Positions 17,682 through 26,535 of a stretch of 64,000 nucleotides of DNA are shown here, in pieces. The position numbers were made by a program, and so were the translations under genes. The DNA comes from Kiritimatiellia bacterium (lineage in GTDB: Bacteria; Verrucomicrobiota; Kiritimatiellia; RFP12; UBA1067), in assembly GCA_017454745.1 (NCBI GenBank), contig JAFTCL010000048.1:22534-86533 (forward strand), in the 5' to 3' direction. Position 1 is the first letter of the stretch; every line of letters begins with the position of its first letter. A model generated the notes under the pieces. That model saw nothing but the letters and a program-made list of their open reading frames with translations. It made no database searches and was not told the origin of the DNA.

Positions 17682-19034
17682 TTACTTCACTTCCCACACG
17701 CCGCCGGGGCCGAACAGGCGGTCGAGGAGTGCGGGCATGAGACCAAGGCGCTGCACCAAGTCCGCCCCGAAATACCTCGCGCGCATATAGGGAATACCGG
17801 CGTACGTCTCGCGGAAGCGCGCGCGGGAGACGCCGATCTCCTCCGGCTCCGCCGGCGCACCCACCTTGCGCAGATTCTCCTTAACTTCCGCGAAAGGCAT
17901 GAGCTGCGCGCGGATCTTCGCGGCGAGGTCGCCCCAGTTGTCGCGGATCGCCTTCAACTCCTTGCGGAGCGAGTCCTTGGACGGAAACTTCTTCGCGTAT
18001 TCGAGTTCCGCGCGCGTGACGTGCGCGGGACGGCCCGGAAAAACGGACGGGAAAGTTGCCTTCACGGCATCGAACGACGGCCACCACGCGGCGACCTTTT
18101 CCTCCACATCCATTTTCGAGAGGTCGTGCTCCAGTAGGAATTCGAGCGTGGCGGTGGAGACGAGAGTGCCGATGCCCACCTTGAAACCGTGCGACACGAA
18201 TCTACCGTTGAAGGAGAGGTCCTCCATGTCCCAATAGTGCGACACCTGATGCTCGGTGCCGCTCGCCGGGCGCGAGGAACCCATCGCCTGCATGGCAAAC
18301 GCGCTCATCACGAGGCCTTCGCAGAGTTTGCGCACTTCGCGCTCGTCTCCGGAAGCGCAGCCGGAGGGATTGGAGAGCGTGTCGCGCAGGGGATCTTGTA
18401 CGAGCCTCCACGCAAGGGGGTGTATGGCTTCGGCCCCGACGAGGTCGGCGATTATCCAGTCCGCCCCGGCGGGGATCTTCGCGATGAGGTCCGCGTATCC
18501 GCTCGCGGTCATCTCCTTCGGCGCGGCCGCCGCGACGGCGCTGTCCACGATGCAACCGAGCGGCGCCTTGCAGTCCATCGTCTGTTTCATGCCGTCTTTC
18601 GTAATGGCGGCGCCGTATGCGGTGTAGCCGTCCATCGAGGCGGCAGTGCCCACGACCATGTACCGAAGACCCAGTTCGCCGCAGGCGCGTTTGGTGAGAT
18701 CATTGATGACGCCGGAGCCGACGGCCACGGGAATCGCGCCGTCTGCGGCGGCTATAGCCCCGCGCACTTCCTCCACCTTCCCGTAGGTGGCGTGAAAGTC
18801 GGAACCGTCGGGGTTGATGACATACTCGGTCACCTCGCGTCCGGCCGCCTTCAGGATTTCGTTCACGCGGATTCCGGCCACAGCCCGCGTATTCGGGTCG
18901 TCTATCACGATAGCCTTGCCCGCCTCCGGGAACAGCTCGCCGAACATACGCGCGACGGCCTCGGTAGCCCCCGGACCGACCTCGCACGCCTTCGTATCGG
19001 TGGTCTTGGTCAACGCCTCTTCTATCATCGTCAT
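17682..19034 (-). CDS. Iron-containing alcohol dehydrogenase / dehydroquinate synthase-fold enzyme resembling sn-glycerol-1-phosphate dehydrogenase (AraM/EgsA family)
   Basis: Glycine-rich NAD-binding segment VAVGSGVINDLTK. G1PDH-like overall length and architecture. The ATG at 19034 has an AGAGGA RBS, whereas the track start at 19082 is a TTG. Confidence 0.5.
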   Translation of the reverse strand: MTMIEEALTKTTDTKACEVGPGATEAVARMFGELFPEAGKAIVIDDPNTRAVAGIRVNEILKAAGREVTEYVINPDGSDFHATYGKVEEVRGAIAAADGAIPVAVGSGVINDLTKRACGELGLRYMVVGTAASMDGYTAYGAAITKDGMKQTMDCKAPLGCIVDSAVAAAAPKEMTASGYADLIAKIPAGADWIIADLVGAEAIHPLAWRLVQDPLRDTLSNPSGCASGDEREVRKLCEGLVMSAFAMQAMGSSRPASGTEHQVSHYWDMEDLSFNGRFVSHGFKVGIGTLVSTATLEFLLEHDLSKMDVEEKVAAWWPSFDAVKATFPSVFPGRPAHVTRAELEYAKKFPSKDSLRKELKAIRDNWGDLAAKIRAQLMPFAEVKENLRKVGAPAEPEEIGVSRARFRETYAGIPYMRARYFGADLVQRLGLMPALLDRLFGPGGVWEVK

Positions 19035-19140
19035 TTTGCAGTCCTCTTGTGTTTGCCTAAAAATCTCCGAACTTGAAACCAATATATATTTTTAGCACAA
19101 CACGGCCGCTTGAGTCAACAATGACTTGCAAAACACGGCG

Positions 19141-19170
19141 GACAGGGTGGGAGATAGGGAGGGACGCCCC
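19141..19170 (+). repeat. Second copy of the REP-like G-rich repeat (GGACAGGGTGGGAGATAGGGAGGGACGCCC)
   Basis: Matches 3372-3416. Lies in an AT-rich leader upstream of the giant gene. Confidence 0.55.
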
Positions 19171-19296
19171 CACGCGAAAAATACGGGGCGAATCGGTTTC
19201 GGCTTGACGGGTAAGGCATACAAATGTTATCTTCATAATATTTTTCTTTTTTCTGTTGCACGTTAAGTTAACGATTGTCAGGAAAGGTTATTAATC

Positions 19297-22200
19297 ATGA
19301 TGAACGGTTTTTTGCGTTTTGTGCAAACGGGATGTCTAGTTTTCACATCTCTAATTCTCCTGATGGCGGACAACGCAAATGGGTTGACCGCCTACTCTTA
19401 TGTCCAGAAGGGGCTGGCCGCCTGTTGGGACGGTATCGACAACGCAGGGTCCGGGTCGCACGATTCTTCCGTCCGCACATGGAAAGATTTGACCGGAAAC
19501 GGCTACGACGGCATATTATCGGATATCGTTTCGTGGGAGGACAATTGCTGGTCCACCGCAGTGAGCGGCCGCCCCGTTAAGCTTCCGAATTCGTTCTCCT
19601 ATCTCACCGCCGCACGGACTTTCACCGTGGATTGCGCATTCAGCCCGTCCAGGGCCGAGAAGAGCGCTTCGGCTCGCGAAACGGTTTTCGGACAGTACGA
19701 CGGCAGCTACAACGGCACATTCAACATCGAACACAACCACAACAACCATCCCGCCGGATGCCTTCGTTTTTACATGAATAAAGGGCAGATCGACAAATAC
19801 AGCACGGGTGTGGTTCTGGCCAACCAGAACGCGACGGTCGCGCTGACGGTCACGCCGGCAAAGCAGGTTCTATACATCGACGGCGCGAGCGACACCGTCT
19901 CCACAACCAGTCTGTCCACATTGTACTCCAGCAAAGACACTTACATCGGTGGCGAAACGTCTCGAGAAAGCTTTGGGTTCCGGGGGCGCTACTACGGTTG
20001 CCGCTTCTACGACCGCGCGTTGACTGCGGAAGAGGTGGCGGTGAACCACGCCGTTGACGCCATCCGTTACTGGGGCGCCTCCCCAAACGATTTCACGCTC
20101 TCCGGCGGATACTGCTTTGACGCAGAAGGCGAGTTGCTGATCGACGTAACCGCCAATGTGACCGACGGAGGCGGCAAAGTCTGCGTCGGCACGGGTGGCG
20201 ACGCCTCCGATGCCATCTCCGCAACCATCAACCAGAACGGCACGGAATCCGTCACCTTCACGGCCGTGCCCGACGAGGGCTACGAATTCGCCACATGGGT
20301 GCTGGAGGACGGTGCGATGCTGGACGAAGGCAGCAGTCTCACCGACCCGACAATCAGCATATACGCAAAATGGCCGCTCGCCGTCACGGCGACGTTCCGC
20401 GAGAAAGGCAAGCTGACCGCCTACTCGTACGTGCAGAAGGGGCTGGTCGCCTGCTGGGACGGCATCGACAACGCAGGCACCGGCGAACATGACGAGGAAA
20501 CCCGCGTTTGGAAAGACCTGACCGGAAACGGCTATAACGGTACGCTCGGCAGCGACGTTACCTGGGCGGAGAATGGTTGGCAGAACGAAGCAAACGAAAA
20601 GCCCGTCTCGCTTGGCTACGGATTCTCCACCGTCACCGAACCGTGCAACTTTACAATCGATTTCACCGTCACGCCGTCACGCGCCCCCTGCCGCGAAATC
20701 TTTTTCGGCCAGTTCGGCTGGGACTACGGCTCAATCAACCTGGAACGGAAGGCAAACGGACGGCTGCGCTGCTATTACAACTATGATGAAGTCGATTTCG
20801 AAAGCACACAGGCGATTGCCGCCAACGAAACGGCGAGCTTCACCGTCACCACCACGCCCGGCAAACAGGCCGTGTGGAAGAACGGCGTGAAAGATGTAGA
20901 GCAGACCGACAAGGCGATCAGCGCCATGTCCGGCGGCAAGCCCACCTATATCGGCGCGGACGGGACAGGAAACAGCAACCGGAAGAGCTTCAACTTCCAC
21001 GGCACCTACCACGGCTGCCGCGTATATGACCGCGTACTGACCGACGCCGAAATCGCCGTAAACCACGCGGTCGACGCCATCCGCTACCGTGGGGCGTCCG
21101 CCGGCTCGTTCACACTCTCCGGCGGTTATTCCTTCAACAATTCGGGCAACTTGTTAATCGACCTGACCGCGACGGCCTCGGCCGGCGGCAAGGTCTGCTC
21201 CGGAACGGCGGACGTGGCGGCGGCTACCGCCGTCGCCACCATCAGCCAGGACGGAACCGTTTCCGCCGCCTTCACCGCCGTGCCGGACAATGGCTACGAA
21301 TTCGTAGCGTGGGACGTGGAAAATGGCGGCACGATCATCGGAGGTTCGACGTCCGACGCGACGATCAACATCTCCGCCCGGTGGCCGCTCGTTCTGACCG
21401 CAGTCTTTCGTCCGGCCCGAGCGGCATTCCCCGCGACAACGGTCGCAGACTACGTGAAAGACGGGCTGGTGATGTGGTTCGACGGCGTGGACAACGCGGG
21501 CGCAGGTCGGCACGACGGTGCGGCGGCGGCGTGGGCCGACCTCTCCGGCAACGGCAACGACGCCGTTGCGGTGGGGCCGGGCCTGGGATGGGCGGACAAC
21601 TCCTGCACCAACGCCATCGACGGCAAGCAGACGGGCGAAGCGGGCCTGTTCAGGCTGAACGGCGCCGTGGCGCCGGTTATCGCCAACCGGACCTTCACGC
21701 TGGAAATGGCCATTCGCCCCGGCTTCGTCAAAAACCGCAAAGTGCTCTTTGGCTCGTACGACGGCGCTAGCGGGTTCAACCTGGAAGAGAACGATTCGGG
21801 AATGTTCCGCGTCTTCTACAACAACACGCCGAACGTCGTGACCACCGTGCCGATGGTGAAGGACGAGGAAGCCGTATTCTCCGTTGTCAGCACGGCGGAC
21901 GGGGTTGCCGTCTATAAGAACGGCGTTCCGGTCTATCGCTACGAAGGGGCGATCGACGCCAAAGGCACGATTGCCGCGCTTGAAGATTCCGTCTATTATC
22001 TGGGCGGAGAGCGGCAGCGCGAAGGCTTCACGTACCGCGGCGCCATCTATTCTTTCCGGCTGTACAGCCGCGCCCTGACCTCGGCAGAGGTGTTGCGCAA
22101 CACGCGGCTCGACCAGCAGCGGCTTCTGGCGAATACGACGCTCTGGTCGGACGCGACGGGCGGATCGTGGATGGATAGCGCCTCATGGAGCGGAGGACTG

Positions 22201-24021
22201 CCCAACACGCTGGCACCGGCAATCGCCACGCTGGCCGGGGCGGACGTGCGGATGGGCTTGGCGCAGACGGCCCCGAACACCGCCAACGTCACGCTGGCCA
22301 ATCCGGACGGCACCTCCGTGCTGACGCTTGCAAGCGGCGCGACGCTTCCGGTGCCGGACAACTCCCTGGCCATCGGCGGCGGCGGCGAATTGCGCGTGGA
22401 AACGGGCGGCACACTCGCGCTGGACGTCACCGGTAACAACCCGACCCCGCGCCTGACCGTGGCAGACGGCGGCAAACTTACCGTTGACGGCGGCACCGTG
22501 AAGTTGACGAAATCTCCCGTCTCCATCAACGTTTTCGGCAGCGAAGGCCGTACCGGCACGCTGGAAATCGTTTCCGGTCGAATGGAAACCACAGTCAGCA
22601 ACACCGGACAGGACGGCGTGGCCGTGCTGAAGGGCGGACTCCTGCGAATGACCGGGGGAAATCTCACGCTTAACCGCACTGGGAGCTATAACAACGGCGG
22701 CAATCTTGTGGATGACGGCGGAGCGGTAGACCTTTCCGGAGACGCGGCTCTGATTGCGCACAAGACCGGAATCACCATCGGTTCCGGCACGTTCCGCATG
22801 GCCGATGCCTCCCACATCGACTTCCTTACGGACACGGGCAAGGATGACACTGTCTATAGAGTTCTATTGCAGCCGGGCGTTGGGCGGGAAACGGTCATGA
22901 CGGTCGACGATTCCGCAACGATCACCCCCGATCCGCTTTCCGGCCAGATGCAGTTCTTCGTCGGCTACCAGAACGCAGGATCGCGCACCATCCTGAACTG
23001 GAATTCGACCCAAACGCTGAAAGCTTTGCGTACGTTTGCCGTCGGTTTTGTCAAAGGATACGGCGAACTGAATATATCGCGGGGACAGATCATCGGCGGA
23101 TACAACGGATTCCGCGTCGCGCAGAACTACGCAAATCCGTCCGCCGACGCATGCGTTACGGGTGTGGTGAACGTAATCGGCGGCAGCGTGCGTAACATAG
23201 ACACCGAAAACGACTCCTCGACGTTCCAAGGGCTGATCATCGGTTCTGGCGGATGCGTAAAGATCGCCAACCCCGGCTATTTCTGGGGCACGCTGAACCT
23301 GTACGACGGCGGCGCGGTGACGAACTCCAGCGAATACTTCGGCATCGGCATCGGTTACGCGGAGGGCGTCCTGAACCAACACGGCGGCGAGGTAATCCAC
23401 AACAACAGCTCCAATAACGAATTCGTGATCGGGGCGTGGGGCGGCAAAGGCTCAATGGTCATGGATGGCGGCAGGGCGTGGTCGAAACGCGACGTCTATG
23501 TGGGCGGCGCCACAACCAACAACCTGTACTACAAGCGCTGGAAACTCTACACCCAATGCCCGGTGGACAACCACTGCGCCACCGGACTCCTGCGCGTGGC
23601 GGCGGGCAGATTCGACACGGCGGGCTCCATCTGGGTCAGCCAGGACGGACAGGGGACATTGGAAATCGGCCCCGCCGGACAGGTCTCCGCGAACAACGTC
23701 ATCCTGACCAACACGGTCGCGGAGCTGACCGGCACCGTTGACCTCGCCGCAAAACTCGCCTTCGTTCTGGACGAGGACGGCGCCGGGCTGCTTACCGTGA
23801 CCAACGCGCTGACCATCGGCCAGGGCGTGACCATGGAGGTGGATGCCACCGAAAGGAAAGGGCGGGGCGGAAACATCCCCCTCATCCGCTTTGGGGAGAG
23901 CGAGGGCGAGTTCAGCGCCATCACCGTCAAAGGCGGCGGCACGGTCAAAAAGTTGACCGTTGACGGGATGTCGGGTTACTGGTACCAATTCAGCCCCGGT
24001 ACCATCATCACCATCCTATAG
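19297..24021 (+). CDS. Giant secreted surface protein: three tandem LamG-like (concanavalin A-like, Laminin_G_3) modules, followed by a beta-helix / autotransporter-associated-like repeat region
   Basis: Signal-like N-terminus. The LamG signature DLTGNGYDG / DLTGNGYNG / DLSGNGNDA appears three times, each with a downstream RFYDRALTAEEVAVNHAVDAIRY-type block. The modules recur at DNA level with ~1026-bp periodicity (19381, 20407, 21433). The C-terminal third is rich in G/T/N beta-strand repeats. Confidence 0.7.
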   Translation: MMNGFLRFVQTGCLVFTSLILLMADNANGLTAYSYVQKGLAACWDGIDNAGSGSHDSSVRTWKDLTGNGYDGILSDIVSWEDNCWSTAVSGRPVKLPNSFSYLTAARTFTVDCAFSPSRAEKSASARETVFGQYDGSYNGTFNIEHNHNNHPAGCLRFYMNKGQIDKYSTGVVLANQNATVALTVTPAKQVLYIDGASDTVSTTSLSTLYSSKDTYIGGETSRESFGFRGRYYGCRFYDRALTAEEVAVNHAVDAIRYWGASPNDFTLSGGYCFDAEGELLIDVTANVTDGGGKVCVGTGGDASDAISATINQNGTESVTFTAVPDEGYEFATWVLEDGAMLDEGSSLTDPTISIYAKWPLAVTATFREKGKLTAYSYVQKGLVACWDGIDNAGTGEHDEETRVWKDLTGNGYNGTLGSDVTWAENGWQNEANEKPVSLGYGFSTVTEPCNFTIDFTVTPSRAPCREIFFGQFGWDYGSINLERKANGRLRCYYNYDEVDFESTQAIAANETASFTVTTTPGKQAVWKNGVKDVEQTDKAISAMSGGKPTYIGADGTGNSNRKSFNFHGTYHGCRVYDRVLTDAEIAVNHAVDAIRYRGASAGSFTLSGGYSFNNSGNLLIDLTATASAGGKVCSGTADVAAATAVATISQDGTVSAAFTAVPDNGYEFVAWDVENGGTIIGGSTSDATINISARWPLVLTAVFRPARAAFPATTVADYVKDGLVMWFDGVDNAGAGRHDGAAAAWADLSGNGNDAVAVGPGLGWADNSCTNAIDGKQTGEAGLFRLNGAVAPVIANRTFTLEMAIRPGFVKNRKVLFGSYDGASGFNLEENDSGMFRVFYNNTPNVVTTVPMVKDEEAVFSVVSTADGVAVYKNGVPVYRYEGAIDAKGTIAALEDSVYYLGGERQREGFTYRGAIYSFRLYSRALTSAEVLRNTRLDQQRLLANTTLWSDATGGSWMDSASWSGGLPNTLAPAIATLAGADVRMGLAQTAPNTANVTLANPDGTSVLTLASGATLPVPDNSLAIGGGGELRVETGGTLALDVTGNNPTPRLTVADGGKLTVDGGTVKLTKSPVSINVFGSEGRTGTLEIVSGRMETTVSNTGQDGVAVLKGGLLRMTGGNLTLNRTGSYNNGGNLVDDGGAVDLSGDAALIAHKTGITIGSGTFRMADASHIDFLTDTGKDDTVYRVLLQPGVGRETVMTVDDSATITPDPLSGQMQFFVGYQNAGSRTILNWNSTQTLKALRTFAVGFVKGYGELNISRGQIIGGYNGFRVAQNYANPSADACVTGVVNVIGGSVRNIDTENDSSTFQGLIIGSGGCVKIANPGYFWGTLNLYDGGAVTNSSEYFGIGIGYAEGVLNQHGGEVIHNNSSNNEFVIGAWGGKGSMVMDGGRAWSKRDVYVGGATTNNLYYKRWKLYTQCPVDNHCATGLLRVAAGRFDTAGSIWVSQDGQGTLEIGPAGQVSANNVILTNTVAELTGTVDLAAKLAFVLDEDGAGLLTVTNALTIGQGVTMEVDATERKGRGGNIPLIRFGESEGEFSAITVKGGGTVKKLTVDGMSGYWYQFSPGTIITIL

Positions 24022-24073
24022 CGACGGCTCGGCATACCGCTTCCGCCCGCAGTAAAAATGACTGTTTAGCGGT

Positions 24074-24102
24074 TTGACTTTTGTCCCTAAAAATGCTATA
24101 TT
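24074..24102 (+). promoter_or_regulatory. Putative sigma70 promoter: TTGACT, 17-nt spacer, TATATT
   Basis: Near-consensus hexamers ~75 nt upstream of the citrate synthase ATG. GGAGG RBS at 24166-24170. Confidence 0.5.
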
Positions 24103-24177
24103 ACCTTAATTCCATTCGTGGGGTTCAGACCTTATTTTTGCCGAGGCTGGATCCCGAATGGAGTTAGGAGGTTTCTA

Positions 24178-25554
24178 ATGTTGATGACGCAATCCGCGAG
24201 TCCGCAAATTGATGCGGAGTTGCTAAAAGGTTACGCGGATAAAATCCGGGTTACCGGCAAGATCGCCCCCGAACTCTACCAAAAGTACGATGTCCGGAGG
24301 GGGCTACGCAACCCGAACGGTTCTGGTGTGCTGGTCGGACTGACCAATATCGGTTCCGTCCACGGCTACGTGACATCCGAGAGCGAAAAGGTCTCGGTGC
24401 CGGGCCAGCTTTTCTACCGCGGCATCAACGTGGCGGATTTCGTTAAAGGCTTCCAGAGCGAACACCGGTTCGGCTTCGAAGAATGCGCGTACCTGCTGCT
24501 GATGGGCGAGTTGCCTAAGCGCGAGGAGCTGGTGGTGTGGAAATCCGAGCTGGGTGCGCTGCACCGGCTCCCGGACGGTTTCAAAGAGACCGCTATCATC
24601 CGTTCGCCGGGCGTGGACATCATGAACAGCATCGCCCGCGCGGTGTTGACGGCCTATATCTTCGACCCGGCGCCGGATCGGCTCGACCTGGAGACAACGC
24701 TGCGCCAGAGCATTGAGCTGATCGCGCAGTTCCCGACCATCGCCGCCTACGCCTATCAGGCCAAGGCACACTACCACCTGGGGCAGTCAATGGTCCTGCG
24801 CTATCCCGACCCGGAACTTTCCACCGCCGAGAATTTTTTGCGGCTGATCCGGGCCGACGGCTACTATTCCAGGTTCGAGGCGGAGGTGCTGGACCTGTGC
24901 CTGGTGCTCCACGCCGAACACGGCGGCGGCACCAACTCGACCTTCACCACCCACGTGATGTCGTCCGCGTTCACCGACACTTACGCCGCCATCGCGTCCG
25001 CCGTACTCTCGCTCAAAGGGCTGCGCCACGGCGGCGCCAACCTGCGGGTGATGAAACAGATGTCTGAGGCCAAGAAGAAGATCAAGCATTGGGACAACGA
25101 AAACGAGGTGGCGGACCATCTGTGGAACATTCTCAAGCGCGAGGCGGGCGACGGCACCGGGTTGATTTACGGTTTGGGCCACGCGGTTTACACCCTCTCC
25201 GATCCCCGTGCCGAGATGTTGCGCGACTGCGCCCGCGCGTTGGCCAAGTCAAAAGGCCGCGAGGAAGAGATGGGTCTGTACGAAACCGTCGAGCGGTTGG
25301 GCCCGGAAATCTTCAACCAGTTCCGGGGCGGCAAACACGACCTGTGCTGCAATGTCGATTTCTACTCCGGGTTTGTTTACGATATGCTGAACATCCCCAA
25401 CGACCTCTTCACCCCAATCTTCGCGGTGGCCCGTGTGGTGGGCTGGTGCGCCCACCGGTTGGAAGAGCTGATTAACGGCGGCCCTATCATCCGCCCCGCC
25501 TACAAGGCGTTGACCCAGCCCAGAAAGTATGTGCCGCAGGCCGAACGCGGTTAA
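24178..25554 (+). CDS. Citrate synthase
   Basis: Citrate synthase catalytic and oxaloacetate-binding regions LVLHAEHGGGTNSTF and GLGHAVY, plus LFYRGI, with a CoA-binding-like C-terminus. Starts at MLMTQSASP just after the RBS. Confidence 0.8.
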   Translation: MLMTQSASPQIDAELLKGYADKIRVTGKIAPELYQKYDVRRGLRNPNGSGVLVGLTNIGSVHGYVTSESEKVSVPGQLFYRGINVADFVKGFQSEHRFGFEECAYLLLMGELPKREELVVWKSELGALHRLPDGFKETAIIRSPGVDIMNSIARAVLTAYIFDPAPDRLDLETTLRQSIELIAQFPTIAAYAYQAKAHYHLGQSMVLRYPDPELSTAENFLRLIRADGYYSRFEAEVLDLCLVLHAEHGGGTNSTFTTHVMSSAFTDTYAAIASAVLSLKGLRHGGANLRVMKQMSEAKKKIKHWDNENEVADHLWNILKREAGDGTGLIYGLGHAVYTLSDPRAEMLRDCARALAKSKGREEEMGLYETVERLGPEIFNQFRGGKHDLCCNVDFYSGFVYDMLNIPNDLFTPIFAVARVVGWCAHRLEELINGGPIIRPAYKALTQPRKYVPQAERG

Positions 25555-25590
25555 TGAGTTTGGCATTTTTTACAAGAAAGGATCGCAACA

Positions 25591-26508
25591 ATGTTGGCAG
25601 AATTGATTAGTACGATGGCTCCGGAAGCGGCGGACACCGCCGCCAAAGTGGCGGAACAGACTACGGCGGCAGTCGAAAGCAATGTCGCGGAAACCAAGAC
25701 GATACTGGACACCGCCACGCAATGGCTGACCCAGAACGGGATGGCGTTCGCAATCAACGTCTTATGGGCGCTGATTATCCTGCTGGTCGGCTGGATTGTG
25801 ATCAAGGTGCTTTGCGCCACGTTGCGCAAAACTCTGGACAAAACCCCGAAAATCAACCCGCTGCTCAAGGAGTTCTTCATCAGCATCGCGAGAAAATCCT
25901 GCTGGGTGCTGCTGCTGATGCTGGCGCTGCGGAGGCTTGGAATCGACATCGCCCCGCTGATCGCCGGACTCGGCGTCACCGGATTCATTCTGGGTTTCGC
26001 GTTCCAGGAATCGTTGGGCAATCTAGCCTCGGGCGTGATGATCGCCATCAACCAGCCCTTCAACGTGGGGGACTACGTTAACATCGGCGGCAACGAAGGG
26101 TCGGTGCTGGAGCTTAACATGATGGCGGTGACCATCGCCACCGCAGACAACAAAAAGGTCGTGGTGCCGAACAAGGTTGCTTGGGGCGCCCCCATCACCA
26201 ACTTCGCCGCGCTCGGCACCCGCCGTGTCGAAGTGACCATCGGCATCGCCTACGGCGAAGACATCGGGAAAGCGCGCGAGGTGATTCTGTCCGCGGTCAA
26301 GGCCAACCCGCTGGTGCTGCAGGACCCCGCCCCGATTGCCGAAGTGGTGGCGTTCAAGGACAGCGCCGTGGTCTTCGCGGTGCGCCCGTGGTCGAAGTCG
26401 TCCGACTACTGGTCGGTGTATTTCCAGGTTGGCCAGCAGGTCAAAGAGGCACTGGACAAGGCCGGAATCAAGATCCCGCTGCCGCAGCTTGAAGTGCGCA
26501 ACGTTTAA
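25591..26508 (+). CDS. Small-conductance mechanosensitive channel (MscS family)
   Basis: Three transmembrane helices followed by the MscS beta-domain motifs GDYVNIGGNEGSVLELNMMAVTIATADNKKVVVPN. Confidence 0.8.
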   Translation: MLAELISTMAPEAADTAAKVAEQTTAAVESNVAETKTILDTATQWLTQNGMAFAINVLWALIILLVGWIVIKVLCATLRKTLDKTPKINPLLKEFFISIARKSCWVLLLMLALRRLGIDIAPLIAGLGVTGFILGFAFQESLGNLASGVMIAINQPFNVGDYVNIGGNEGSVLELNMMAVTIATADNKKVVVPNKVAWGAPITNFAALGTRRVEVTIGIAYGEDIGKAREVILSAVKANPLVLQDPAPIAEVVAFKDSAVVFAVRPWSKSSDYWSVYFQVGQQVKEALDKAGIKIPLPQLEVRNV

Positions 26509-26535
26509 CGGGCTTCCGCGTCGGCCCCGACCGGA

